Shown here: in pieces, positions 16,713 through 26,541 of the stretch
Layout: every line of letters begins with the position of its first letter
Numbering within the stretch: the first letter of the stretch is position 1
DNA from: Thermoplasmata archaeon
GTDB lineage: Archaea > Thermoplasmatota > Thermoplasmata > RBG-16-68-12
Direction: 5' to 3'
Length of the DNA stretch: 64,000 bases
Assembly: GCA_035557795.1 (NCBI GenBank)
Contig: DATMDM010000166.1
Coordinates: 2,735 to 66,734 of the forward strand
Program-made: the position numbers and the translations under genes
Notes under the pieces: generated by a model
Told to the model about the DNA's origin: nothing
Database searches by the model: none
What the model saw: only the letters and a program-made list of their open reading frames with translations

Positions 16713-18131
16713 CTAGATGGCGCAGCAACTGAGCTTGTCCACGTCCTCGAAGAATGAGAGGGCGGCGAGCTTGATCGCCTCGCTGTGGGTTGGGAACACG
16801 TGGACGGTATCGATGATGTCCTCGAGGGTGAGGCTATGCTTTACCGCGAGGACGCCCTCGTGGATCATGTCCGGCGCCAGGGAGGCCAGAATGTGCACCC
16901 CGAGGATCTTGTGGCTCTTCGCCTCCGCGACAATCTTCACCAGGCCGCGGGTGTCTTCCACGATTAGGGGCTTGGGGACCTGCTTCAACATAATCGTATT
17001 GCAAGCGCACCGGACTCGGCCGCCCGCGTTCGCCTGGGCGTCGGTAGGCCCGACGGAGGCGACGGCGGGATTGGTGAACACGGCGTGAGGCACCGCGCGG
17101 TAATCCATCTTCAGGCCGCGATTGGCCAAGGCGTTCTCCGCAGCGATGTATCCTTCTTTCGCCGCAACAGTCTCGAGCATCGGTTTCCCGATCACGTCGC
17201 CCGCCGCGAAGATGTCTGGCGCGGTCGATCGCATCTCGGAGTCGACCTTCACCCCCTGATCTTGCTTCACCTCGACGCGCGCCGCCTGGAGGTTAAGCCC
17301 CGCGGTGTTGGGGGTTCGACCCGTGGCTAGGAGCAGCTCGTCCGCTTCGATGGTGCGTTTCCGGTCGCCAATGCGAGCGACCATGATCTTCCGCCCGTTT
17401 CGCTGTTCGGCTGAGAGGACTTCCGCGCCGGCATGGATCTCGACTCCATCCTCTTTCAGGTACTGGTTCAAGTACTCAGAAATCTCCGGCTCCTCTTCCG
17501 GAACGATTCGCGGGCTGCGCTGCAGGACCGTCACCTGTGTGCCGAGATGCTGGTACATCTGGGCGAACTCCAAGCCAAGGGCGCGGCCGCCGAGGACGAT
17601 CATGGAATCGGGTCGCTCCTTCAGGGACAAGGCCTCCACGTTTGTGAGGTAGTCCACCTTGTCGATTCCCGGAACCGAAGGAATCGTGGGTGAGGAACCG
17701 GTACCGATGAGGAACTTGTCTCCTTCGTACCGCTCCGTGCCGACCTTGACTTCATGGGATGAGACAAAGGCGGCATGGCCCCGCACGTATTCCACGTCCT
17801 TCAGGGACGCGAGGACATCCGCGTACTTCGCCTTGCGGAGGTCGGCAACCAAGCGTTCCTTCGAGCGCATCACCGCTCGGAATTCCGCCGACCATCCGTC
17901 TTCGAGATGGAGCCCCGGGAACGGACGGTTCGCCACGCGAAAGAACTGGTCCCCGACCGCAAGGAGGCGTTTGCTGGGAACGCAGCCCACGTTCACGCAG
18001 GTGCCGCCGAGGATGCCGCCGTCAATCATCAAGGCCTTCGCTCCGTTTCGATCGGCGCGGATCGCTGCGCTGAAGGCCGCTGCTCCGCCGCCGAGAATGA
18101 TCAGGTCTTGTCGCTTCGCCATCTGTTCCAC
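16713..18131 (-). CDS. merA: Mercuric reductase (core MerA, no NmerA domain)
   Basis: GGTCVNVGCVPSK redox-active disulfide. FAD and NAD Rossmann motifs. C-terminal vicinal Cys pair (LSCCAI) diagnostic for MerA. 472 aa. Confidence 0.85.
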   Translation of the reverse strand: MEQMAKRQDLIILGGGAAAFSAAIRADRNGAKALMIDGGILGGTCVNVGCVPSKRLLAVGDQFFRVANRPFPGLHLEDGWSAEFRAVMRSKERLVADLRKAKYADVLASLKDVEYVRGHAAFVSSHEVKVGTERYEGDKFLIGTGSSPTIPSVPGIDKVDYLTNVEALSLKERPDSMIVLGGRALGLEFAQMYQHLGTQVTVLQRSPRIVPEEEPEISEYLNQYLKEDGVEIHAGAEVLSAEQRNGRKIMVARIGDRKRTIEADELLLATGRTPNTAGLNLQAARVEVKQDQGVKVDSEMRSTAPDIFAAGDVIGKPMLETVAAKEGYIAAENALANRGLKMDYRAVPHAVFTNPAVASVGPTDAQANAGGRVRCACNTIMLKQVPKPLIVEDTRGLVKIVAEAKSHKILGVHILASLAPDMIHEGVLAVKHSLTLEDIIDTVHVFPTHSEAIKLAALSFFEDVDKLSCCAI

Positions 18132-18167
18132 CTTTCCCTCCTCGCTTTCAAATCCATCGGCGCGGAC

Positions 18168-19859
18168 TCATCGAGTAGATTCGCCAACCGAGCGGGACCT
18201 ATGGGAATCTTTGGGCTTCTGCGCAGCCACGACCACGCTCTCCGCCCCGAACGTCTTCGTGATTCGCCTCGTGCTCTCCGAGGATGACTTCGCAAAGTAG
18301 TCGAGCCGCTTCAGGACTCGGACATCGGAGAACCCCGCCGACTTGATCATCTCTAGGTACTCCGGCTCCACCGCCGCCCCGCCGATGCAGTCTGCCCACA
18401 GCTGCGGGTTCAGCCCGCACACGGTGCCCACGTCCTCCTGCACGACAATGTCCGCGAGCTGGAGGCGCCCGCCCGGCTTGAGGACACGGCGAATCTCCGC
18501 GAACGCCGCGACCTTGTCCGGCACGAGGTTCAGGACGCCATTGCTCGTGACGACGTCGACGCTTGAGTCGGGGAGAGGGATCTCCGTGGCGTCCCCCGCT
18601 AGAATCTCGATGTTCTCTGCGCCTATCCGCTCGATGTTCCCGCGCGCCTTCGCGATCATCGCGGGCGTGATGTCGAGCCCGTAGACCTTCCCCGACGGAC
18701 CGGTCTTGAGGCACGCATACAGCACGTCCGTCCCGGAGCCGGACCCGATGTCGAGCACGGTATCGCCGGACCGAATCGCGTTGGCGGCGTGCGGATAGCC
18801 GACGCCTGCGAAGGATTCTGTCGCCGTCGGCGGCAGCTTACGCAGGTCCTCTTCCGGGTAGCCCACGTATAGGAGCGCCTCCAGACCGAGCGGGAAGTGG
18901 TACCCCTTGTCGGGCCGCGTCGCGACCTCCGTGTATAGCGATTGCACCGCCTTCGTGATGATCGGTTTGAGGTCTGAGACCGTCTCGACCTGGACTTCGG
19001 GCGGCACGTGCGAGATCTTCACGATTTCAAGAGGCAGCTTGTCCGCCTTCGTTCCCTTCCACTGCCAGGCTTCGATTCCTTCGAAGTCGTGGTGGGTCAG
19101 GAGCCCGGCTCGCTCCAACTGGGATAGCCGTATTTCGGCGTCTTCCACCCCAATCCGGAAGACGGATGCGATTTCATTCGCGGTCGTCAAGTCCCTGTGG
19201 TGCTCCAAGTATTCCAGGATGTCCGCAGGACTTCGCTTCGGGAGCCCGGGGGCGAGCTTGTCCACCATGTCCTCGAACGGTTTCGCGGTGAACGTCGCGC
19301 CCTTTATTTCCGCCTGTCCTCGACGATTCCGCACGAGGAGGGCGTCAAAGTTCGCATGGGCCCGCGCCATCTCCTGCCGATCTCGCTCGAACGCGTCCTT
19401 CACCGCATCCGAATGGATTTCCTTTCGGAAGCGATCCTTGTCGAGCCCAACCTCCGCCGCCAATTTCACGAGGGTGTCTTCCGTGGCGGGCAGACATTCG
19501 AGCCCGAACGCTTCCATCATCCGTCGGAAGTACTTCGCTGCTAGTTCCCTGGATTGGAGCTCCGCCGCCTTGAACGCTCGGCACGCGGGGAACGAGCTCT
19601 CGACCTTGCTCCGGAAGTAGTAATCGGGCCGCACGGGCATTTTGATGAGCGCGATGGATTCGAGGATCCAGTCAACCGTGCCCCGCTCATCGACCCCGTT
19701 CTCCCGCATCCACTCCGCTAAGGTCTCGAACTCCCCGCCCATCTTGTACGTGACCTCCACGTTATCCCCGTACACCTCCCGCAGGCGTTGCAGAATCGGC
19801 TCAAGGCCCCACGACCACCAGCACCACGGGTCTGCGAAGTGGACTATCTCGATGGGCAC
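18168..19859 (-). CDS. arsM: Three-domain fusion: DsbA-like thioredoxin-fold (CxxS variant), winged-HTH, and arsenite S-adenosylmethionine methyltransferase (ArsM)
   Basis: N-terminus DPWCWWSWG (DsbA/FrnE-like). Middle ILEYLEHHRDLTTANEIASV...LERAGLL (wHTH). C-terminus VLDIGSGSGTDV...GKVYGLDITPAMIAKAR...LKPGGRLQLADIV with conserved Cys (TVCG, DCIGGA) typical of ArsM. Confidence 0.65.
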   Translation of the reverse strand: MPIEIVHFADPWCWWSWGLEPILQRLREVYGDNVEVTYKMGGEFETLAEWMRENGVDERGTVDWILESIALIKMPVRPDYYFRSKVESSFPACRAFKAAELQSRELAAKYFRRMMEAFGLECLPATEDTLVKLAAEVGLDKDRFRKEIHSDAVKDAFERDRQEMARAHANFDALLVRNRRGQAEIKGATFTAKPFEDMVDKLAPGLPKRSPADILEYLEHHRDLTTANEIASVFRIGVEDAEIRLSQLERAGLLTHHDFEGIEAWQWKGTKADKLPLEIVKISHVPPEVQVETVSDLKPIITKAVQSLYTEVATRPDKGYHFPLGLEALLYVGYPEEDLRKLPPTATESFAGVGYPHAANAIRSGDTVLDIGSGSGTDVLYACLKTGPSGKVYGLDITPAMIAKARGNIERIGAENIEILAGDATEIPLPDSSVDVVTSNGVLNLVPDKVAAFAEIRRVLKPGGRLQLADIVVQEDVGTVCGLNPQLWADCIGGAAVEPEYLEMIKSAGFSDVRVLKRLDYFAKSSSESTRRITKTFGAESVVVAAQKPKDSHRSRSVGESTR

Positions 19860-20268
19860 GTCGTCTCTCGACGCTGTATCGCCCCCGCGCCGGCATCCGA
19901 GGGCCTCGACTTAAGTCTTCCCGGACGACGTCGCGACGACTCCTTGCCGGTCCGCATCGCCCGAAATTGCCGCGCATTTCTTGAACGCATCCGTCGGGGC
20001 GTTGACGATTGGTTGGCAGCCTGTCACCACACGTTCCTATCGCCGCTCAGAACCGTGGGAGCGGGGCCAGGAGGTCAAACGCAACGGGCAAAAGCCCACC
20101 AGTATTACGAAGATCAATGCGATCTCATACACACGCGCTCGCACTTGGCGGCATCAAAGGTCAGGTCGTCCGCATCAACAAGAAGACGACCAAGCCAATC
20201 CGACCGTTGGAACCCGAGCAAGTGGAAGCTTGACTGGACGGGGACAACAAGAGCGCTAATTCCCGTAG

Positions 20269-20386
20269 CGGGAACCGGCCGTACGCACAGTTCTAAGGCC
20301 CAACGATAGAAATTTTCCACTGGCATATCTCTCGATGGGCTTGCCGGGTTTGCTTGCCAATGTACCGACTTCCCGCCAGGAGCATC
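20269..20386 (+). repeat. att-like direct repeat copy 4 (degenerate core ttcccgccaggagcat); likely island boundary
   Basis: The leader is conserved. The core diverges after gagcat. Confidence 0.5.
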
Positions 20387-20575
20387 CCCAAACGAGTTCG
20401 CGGAGCCTTCGTCAAGTTCGAGCGCGCCAGTTGCCGTCTATATAGTCCCTGTCAGTCTCGCCTTTATAGACGCGATTCAATCGGGCCCCTCGAAGGTTTT
20501 TGTGTGAACGCCTCATTCGCTCGACACGCCCAACGCGCCGCTCGCGGTTCCGGAAGGCCGCGGCTGCTTCGGCTC

Positions 20576-21349
20576 ATGATCGTCATCGCGGCGGTCCTGA
20601 TCGTTTCGGTCTTGCCGGCGACCGTGCGCGCGAACAATTCCGAGACCAGGCCCACGATCGTCCTCGTCCACGGCGCTTGGGCCTCGGCGCCCGGCTGGGA
20701 CACGGTCGTCGCGGGGCTCCAGAAGGACGGGTTCGCGACCGCGACCCCGACCCTCGGCCTGCTGTCGATCGCCGACGACGTCGCGATCGTCCGTGCGGTG
20801 CTCGACGGCATCTCGGGCCCGAAGATCCTCGTTGGACACTCGTACGGTGGGATCGTGATCTCCAACGCGGCGTACGGCCGGTCCGACGTGCTCGGCCTTG
20901 TCTTCACCGCAGCGTTCGTTCCCGATCAGGGTGACTCGATATTCAGCCTCGGCGCGGGCTTCCATACATCCGAGGCGTTCAACCACTTCATCTGGACGGG
21001 CACGCCCTTCGCTTCACCGGCCTTCATTGACCCGGCCTTTTTCGCGCAGTTCTTCTGTCAGGACCTCAACCCGAACCTCGGGGCGATCCTGAACGATGAG
21101 CAGATCCCGCTCAACTTCCCGATCGCTGTGACCCCGTCCGGGCCGGTCGCGTGGCATACGCTGCCGTCCTGGTACGCCATCTCGGGGAAGGACCTGATGG
21201 TCGATCCTGCGGAGGAACTCTTCATGGCGCAGCGGGCCGGGGCGACGACCGTCTTGTTCCCTGCGGCGAGTCACGCGGGAGGAATCACCCACTATGCGAC
21301 CGGATTCGTGAAGCTCATCGAGGAGGCCGTCCAGGAGACGGCGGATTGA
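20576..21349 (+). CDS. Secreted alpha/beta hydrolase
   Basis: Signal-peptide-like N-terminus, then LVHGAW...GHSYGG nucleophile elbow. The listed ORF start at 20354 overlaps att copy 4, so the true start is probably GTG 20504 or ATG 20576. Confidence 0.55.
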   Translation: MIVIAAVLIVSVLPATVRANNSETRPTIVLVHGAWASAPGWDTVVAGLQKDGFATATPTLGLLSIADDVAIVRAVLDGISGPKILVGHSYGGIVISNAAYGRSDVLGLVFTAAFVPDQGDSIFSLGAGFHTSEAFNHFIWTGTPFASPAFIDPAFFAQFFCQDLNPNLGAILNDEQIPLNFPIAVTPSGPVAWHTLPSWYAISGKDLMVDPAEELFMAQRAGATTVLFPAASHAGGITHYATGFVKLIEEAVQETAD

Positions 21350-21452
21350 CCGGGCCGGGTTCGACCAAAACCCTATACGTCGCCGAAGATGTTAGACGCC
21401 GAGCCAAGCACGCAGCTGACCACTCCTTAACGGTCAGCGATCAAGGTCAAAC

Positions 21453-21959
21453 GTGAAGATGAAAGAGTTTCAGACGAAAAACCAAAAAGTCTCGCCGTTG
21501 AAGCCCGGCACCAAGGCGCCAAACTTCACCCTCAAGACGACGCCGGATCAGCACGTCTCTCTCAGGGATTTTCTCGGAAGGCCCGTGGTACTTTGCTTCT
21601 ATCCTGCGGATTGGAGCCCCGTCTGCAGCGACCAGCTGGGACTCTATGCGCAGTTGATGTCTGAGTTCAGGAAGTTCGACGCCGAACTCCTCGGAGTCTC
21701 CGTCGACGGAGTCTGGAGTCATCTGGCGTTTTCGAAGGATCGCAACCTGAACTTCCCCCTTCTCTCCGACTTCGATCCGAAAGGGGCGATCTCCAGGACC
21801 TACGGGGTCTTCACCGAACGCAACGGCGAATCGGCGCGGGCGCTCTTCGTGATCGATCCGAAGGGGATCATCCGATGGAGCTACCTCTCACCGGACGGGG
21901 TCAATCCGGGGGCTGACGGAATCCTCTCCGCACTGGAGAAACTCAAATCACCCGGCTGA
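21453..21959 (+). CDS. Peroxiredoxin (AhpC/TSA/Bcp family)
   Basis: FYPADWSPVCSDQ peroxidatic Cys motif. 168 aa. Confidence 0.8.
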   Translation: MKMKEFQTKNQKVSPLKPGTKAPNFTLKTTPDQHVSLRDFLGRPVVLCFYPADWSPVCSDQLGLYAQLMSEFRKFDAELLGVSVDGVWSHLAFSKDRNLNFPLLSDFDPKGAISRTYGVFTERNGESARALFVIDPKGIIRWSYLSPDGVNPGADGILSALEKLKSPG

Positions 21960-21964
21960 CGCGA

Positions 21965-22522
21965 GTGATCATGGCGAAGCAGAATTACCAACCGCCGAGA
22001 CTGACTCTGCCCGTCGGAGAACGGGACCACAGTGAAGGGCCGTCCGATGCTCGAATGGTGCTCGTCGAGTACGGGGATTACCAGTGTCCCTACTGCGGCG
22101 CGGCCTACCCGATCGTGAAGAAGGTCCAGAAGGAACTTGGAACGAAGCTGCGGTTCGTCTTCAGAAACTTCCCCATCACGACCTCCCACCCGGAAGCGGA
22201 ATGGGCCGCGGAAACCGCCGAAGCGGCCGCCGACCAAGGGAGGTTCTGGGAGATGCACGATTTTCTCTACGAGAACCAAGCATCGCTCGGCGACCACGGA
22301 TTCTTCAACACTTACGAGAAGAAACTCAAGCTGGATGTGAAGCGGCTCGAGCAGGAGGTGGCTCAGCACGTCCATGCAGGCAGAGTTCGAGAAGACTTCA
22401 TGAGCGGCGTCCGAAGCGGCGTCAACGGGACGCCGACGTTCTTCATCGGGGCCGCTCGATACGATGGCTATCCCGGATTTGGTCCCTTGATCGCCGCGCT
22501 CGAAAAGGCCGAGAAGGGTTGA
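21965..22522 (+). CDS. DsbA-like thiol:disulfide oxidoreductase (thioredoxin fold, CPYC)
   Basis: YGDYQCPYCG active site. 185 aa. Confidence 0.65.
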   Translation: MIMAKQNYQPPRLTLPVGERDHSEGPSDARMVLVEYGDYQCPYCGAAYPIVKKVQKELGTKLRFVFRNFPITTSHPEAEWAAETAEAAADQGRFWEMHDFLYENQASLGDHGFFNTYEKKLKLDVKRLEQEVAQHVHAGRVREDFMSGVRSGVNGTPTFFIGAARYDGYPGFGPLIAALEKAEKG

Positions 22523-22623
22523 CCGTGACCGCTCCGTAGCAGGGTCGCGTTAGTCGGCACCTCGGTGCGATTGCTTGAACTCATAGCAAAGCGATAAATC
22601 CAGCCCTCACTTAGTCCTCGACT

Positions 22624-23079
22624 ATGCCCATGATTGACGTGTACGCGCCGGCAGACCTTTTTCCGGCCGGGACCAACAGTCTGCTTGGCAAGGAGCTCAC
22701 CATGGCCGTTCTCCGCGCGGAGGGCGTGGCAAGCCCCGGGCCCTTCCATCTGAATAACACCGCTGCTTTCATCCACCGAATGGACCCGAACGCGGTCCAC
22801 ACCGCGGCAACCAGCTCCGCCCGCACGGTGCGTGTCCAGGTCATCACGCCTCCCGCGGCGTTGACCCGCGAAGGCCAGAAGCAACTTGTCAAAGAAATCA
22901 CGGAGATCGTGACCAAGGTCTCTGGAGATCCGACACAGGCGAGTCGCACCTGGGTAATACTCACCGAGGCGGCAGAGGGCGGTTGGGGGCTCTCGGGCAC
23001 CGCCTTTGGCCGCGAGGAGTTCGCGGCGCTCGCCGCCAAGGCGGCCGCGGCCCGCGCGAAGAGCGTGACGCCCCAGTAG
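22624..23079 (+). CDS. Tautomerase-superfamily-like protein (tentative)
   Basis: The N-terminal MPMIDVY looks like the Pro1 start of 4-oxalocrotonate tautomerase-like proteins. 151 aa. Weak call. Confidence 0.3.
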   Translation: MPMIDVYAPADLFPAGTNSLLGKELTMAVLRAEGVASPGPFHLNNTAAFIHRMDPNAVHTAATSSARTVRVQVITPPAALTREGQKQLVKEITEIVTKVSGDPTQASRTWVILTEAAEGGWGLSGTAFGREEFAALAAKAAAARAKSVTPQ

Positions 23080-23190
23080 CACCCAGTTGCACCGTCGCTC
23101 TTCATCCGCTTCTCCGGCAAACATTGGACTCGTCGAATTAAGGCAATCGGCTCGCCGCATCTTTATCCGCAAGCCCTCGGTGCCTGAGCC

Positions 23191-23535
23191 ATGGCTACCA
23201 GCACCGCGGCGCCATTCGACCCGATGGAGCCTTTCGCGCGGGACGACGTCCTCCGCGAGGTCCTCGATGGTCTCAAGACGTTCGACTATAAACTCTACGG
23301 ACCGATTCCGTTGCGGTTTCACCGAGGCCAGCCGACGAAATACGAATTCGATCTCAATCTGGGTGTCGTGCATTTCACCGAGCAGGACTTCGCGGGCCTG
23401 AGCGAATTCGTGCGAAGAATCAATGCGAAGTGGGGAACGCAGATGACATTTTGTGTGTATCCCTCGAAGGAGAAGGCGAGGGACATGATCCTCAACGTTC
23501 GCGGTTCACCGATGGCGCCCGCGGAGATTGACTAG
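23191..23535 (+). CDS. Hypothetical protein
   Basis: 114-aa ORF. No motif. Confidence 0.3.
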   Translation: MATSTAAPFDPMEPFARDDVLREVLDGLKTFDYKLYGPIPLRFHRGQPTKYEFDLNLGVVHFTEQDFAGLSEFVRRINAKWGTQMTFCVYPSKEKARDMILNVRGSPMAPAEID

Positions 23536-23549
23536 TCCGAGCTCGCTGT

Positions 23550-23855
23550 TCAAGGCAACTCGACGACGACCTTCCCGTCTTCGATTGCAACCGGATAGGA
23601 CCGAACCGGCTTCCGGGCTGGAGGGCCCACGACGTTCCCGGACGTCACGTCGAACCGCGACCCGTGCCACGGGCACTGGATGATGGAGCCTTGAAGCCGG
23701 CCTTGGCACAGTGGCCCACCCAAGTGGGTGCACGTGTTGTCGAGACAGTACACCTTCCCGGCGACCTTGAACAACGCGTACGGCCTTTGATTAGCCGAAA
23801 CGCATTTCGTACCGCCCTCCGGCACCTCGCTCTCCGTACCCAGGATGGCGCGCAT
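23550..23855 (-). CDS. Rieske [2Fe-2S] domain protein
   Basis: CTHLGGPL...CPWHGSRF cluster-binding boxes. 101 aa. Confidence 0.75.
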   Translation of the reverse strand: MRAILGTESEVPEGGTKCVSANQRPYALFKVAGKVYCLDNTCTHLGGPLCQGRLQGSIIQCPWHGSRFDVTSGNVVGPPARKPVRSYPVAIEDGKVVVELP

Positions 23856-23908
23856 GCCTCATCGAGAGGCGGGACCCGCTAGAAGTCGTTGTCGTTGGTC
23901 GAACCGGT

Positions 23909-25225
23909 CTAGGAGCGGGCGGACAGGGGAAACCGCGGCGTCGCATCGGCGATCTGCTCTCGTTCTGTCGACCCCTTCATCGCGAGGGTCGACGAGGTCC
24001 CGCCGGAGATGACCTGGCTGACCGCATCGAAGAACTCGGTCCCGACAAAGGCCTGGTGTTCCGTCGCTCGGTACCCGCGCTCCCGCGCCGCGAACTCGTC
24101 GTCCTGGAGTTCCGCATAGGCGGTCATCCCGCGGTCCGCGTATCGAGAGGCAAGTTCGAACATCGATAGGTTGAGCGTGTGGAACCCGGCGAGGGTGACG
24201 AACTGGAACCGATACCCCATCCGCCCCAGCTCCTGCTGGAACTCCGCGAGCGCGGAGGGATCCAGCTTCTTCCTCCAGTTGAACGAGGCCGAACAGTTGT
24301 AGGCGAGCAGCTTTCCGGGGAAGCGTGCGTGGATCGAGTCGGCGAACTCGCGAGCCTCCTCCACATCCGGAGAGGATGTCTCGCACCACAGCATGTCCGC
24401 ATACGGGGCGAACGCGAGGCCGCGGGCGATGGCCGCCGGCAGCCCGCCTTCGAACTGGAAGAAGCCTTCCGCTGTGCGCTCGCCTCCGATGAACGGACGG
24501 TCGGACGGATCGGCATCGCTCGTGATGAGGCGTGCGCTGTTCGCATCGGTCCGGGCGACGATCAACGTCCGGACGCCCATCACGTCGGCCGCGAGCCGAG
24601 CCGCGACGAGCTTCTGGATGAACTCCGAGGTCGGGACGACAACCTTCCCTCCGAGATGGCCGCACTTCTTCGCGGCTGCGAGTTGATCCTCGAAGTGGAC
24701 GCCGGCCGCTCCGGCCTCGATCATGGCCTTCATGAGTTCAAACGCGTGGAGGGGCCCACCGAATCCGGCTTCCGCGTCCGCGACGATCGGGACGAACCAG
24801 TCGACGTCGTGATTCCCGGCCATGTGCTGCTTTTCGTCTTCTCGCCGGAGTGCGTTGTTGATTCGCCGGACGACATTGGGGACGCTGTCCGCCGGGTAGA
24901 GGCTCAGATCGGGATACATCTGGCCCGCCCCGTTGCCGTCGGCGGCAACTTGCCAACCGCTCAGGTAGATCGCCCGGAGACCGGCTCGGACCTGCTGGAT
25001 CGCCTGGTTTCCGGTGAGCGCTCCCAGGGCAGGGACGTAGTTCTCCGACTTCAGGAGGCTCCAGAGGCGACCGGCCCCGCGCTCCGCGAGGGTATGCCGA
25101 ATCCGAATCGTTCCCCGAAGCCGGACGACGTCTTCCGGCCCGTAGGGGCGGATGATTCCGGCCCACCGTTCATCCATCTTCCAGTCCGGTTCCAGGTTCC
25201 AGGTCTCATCGATCATTCGGTCCAC
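23909..25225 (-). CDS. aceA: Isocitrate lyase
   Basis: KKCGHLGGK catalytic signature and overall ICL similarity. 438 aa. Confidence 0.85.
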   Translation of the reverse strand: MDRMIDETWNLEPDWKMDERWAGIIRPYGPEDVVRLRGTIRIRHTLAERGAGRLWSLLKSENYVPALGALTGNQAIQQVRAGLRAIYLSGWQVAADGNGAGQMYPDLSLYPADSVPNVVRRINNALRREDEKQHMAGNHDVDWFVPIVADAEAGFGGPLHAFELMKAMIEAGAAGVHFEDQLAAAKKCGHLGGKVVVPTSEFIQKLVAARLAADVMGVRTLIVARTDANSARLITSDADPSDRPFIGGERTAEGFFQFEGGLPAAIARGLAFAPYADMLWCETSSPDVEEAREFADSIHARFPGKLLAYNCSASFNWRKKLDPSALAEFQQELGRMGYRFQFVTLAGFHTLNLSMFELASRYADRGMTAYAELQDDEFAARERGYRATEHQAFVGTEFFDAVSQVISGGTSSTLAMKGSTEREQIADATPRFPLSARS

Positions 25226-25583
25226 AGGCTCCTCCGCGTATCGTGATACGCGACGACGGTCTTCGGAACGGACGGAGAAGGTCCCGGTGCGCGGGGCGCG
25301 ATCTCCGTCGAAATCGGGAGACGTCGGGATGCGCGGGAGCGGGAGAGGGATCGATGCCCGGACCTCGCGATGCCGCCCGCCATCACCGATGGGCTCCTCG
25401 GACCGCCGTCACGAGAGGCCATTCGAGGTGCGGCGTATAAGGGGCAGGAGTTACGTGGACGACGAAGCCGCCAGTCGAAATCATTCCAAACACGACCGAT
25501 GCGGGATTATTCTTCTATTCAATTTCCTGAGAGTATCGTAGCTGTATTCGGAGGACCGTTCACGAAGGCTCCAAGGCGACGCA

Positions 25584-26414
25584 ATGGACGCGGTTCGCCC
25601 GGGTCCGCATGCTTTATGGCGACGGGAGTCGCATCCCTCGCGCGTGCTGGCGTTCGACTCGACCGGCCATGGAAAGGATTCGGTCGTCGTCTTGCTGCAC
25701 GGCTGGCCTCTCAATCGTTCGATCTGGTCCGGCGTCGCGGCTCGGATCGCCGCGGCGGGCTCGCGGGTGCTGGCCCCGGACCTTCCTGGATTCGGGGACA
25801 GCCCTTCGATGGAACTCGGCCGGGCGACGGTCGAAGCGTATGCCGACGAGGTGGCGAAATTCACCCGCCCATTCGGGGCGCGGCGGGTTGCGCTCGCGGG
25901 ACACAGTTTCGGCGGATACGTCGTCTTGGCCCTCGCCGAGCGTCTTCCCGACCAAGTCGCGGGCCTCGGCCTGATCGCCTCGCGGACGACGGCGGATAAC
26001 GAGACCGCACGTCAGGGGAGGCACGACACGATGGAAAAGGTCCGTAAGGGCGGGACGAAGGTCCTGCTCCCCAGTCTCGCGGAGAAACTCGTCGGGCCTC
26101 GGGGAGGATCTACCTGGCGACATCAGGCCGAGCTCTTGATCGAACGGGCTCGCCCAGACGGCGTGATCGCGGCACTCGCTGCGATGGCCGCACGACCGGA
26201 TCGCACGGCGGTCTTCGATTCGTTTGCCGGACCTCGCCTCGTAATCCATGGAACGGAGGACGGCCTCATCCCCGTCTCGGAAGCCGCGCGAATCGAGCGC
26301 GGCCCTCCGGATGTCCGCGCGATCTTGGCAGGGGCGGGGCACACGCCGATGTGGGACGCGTCGGAGGCAACCGCCGAGGCGATCATTGCTTGGACCAAAG
26401 CCCTTCGGGCATGA
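25584..26414 (+). CDS. Alpha/beta hydrolase fold protein
   Basis: LLHGWPLN...GHSFGG nucleophile elbow. Confidence 0.65.
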   Translation: MDAVRPGPHALWRRESHPSRVLAFDSTGHGKDSVVVLLHGWPLNRSIWSGVAARIAAAGSRVLAPDLPGFGDSPSMELGRATVEAYADEVAKFTRPFGARRVALAGHSFGGYVVLALAERLPDQVAGLGLIASRTTADNETARQGRHDTMEKVRKGGTKVLLPSLAEKLVGPRGGSTWRHQAELLIERARPDGVIAALAAMAARPDRTAVFDSFAGPRLVIHGTEDGLIPVSEAARIERGPPDVRAILAGAGHTPMWDASEATAEAIIAWTKALRA

Positions 26415-26541
26415 GCGATTACTATCGGTGTGGTAATTCCTCTAGAAGCACCGTTGGATCGAGCGACCCTTCGATTCTCTGTCTTGGCGATTGAACCACC
26501 GCGAAAAGACTAAACCCTCGGAGAATCCCTCCTTCGAATCG

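Larger units (their letters stand above)
10087..20386 (+). mobile_element. Tandem integrated-element remnants (genomic island) at tRNA-Glu, bounded by repeated copies of the tRNA 3'-end att core; no integrase detected
   Basis: The core tcccgccgggagcatgctattt from the tRNA 3' end recurs at ~14729, ~16535 and, degenerate, ~20370. Each copy is preceded by a conserved ~100-bp sequence. The cargo is mer/ars genes, a Cld-family gene and membrane proteins. Confidence 0.55.

Noticed and set aside
20354-20575. N-terminal 74 aa of the listed 331-aa hydrolase ORF
   Set aside because: It overlaps att repeat copy 4 and has an odd composition. The signal-peptide-like start at 20504 or 20576 is more plausible.
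23859-24665. 268-aa and 140-aa minus ORFs and the 355-aa plus ORF inside isocitrate lyase
   Set aside because: Alternative-frame shadows of aceA with R/G/P-rich composition.
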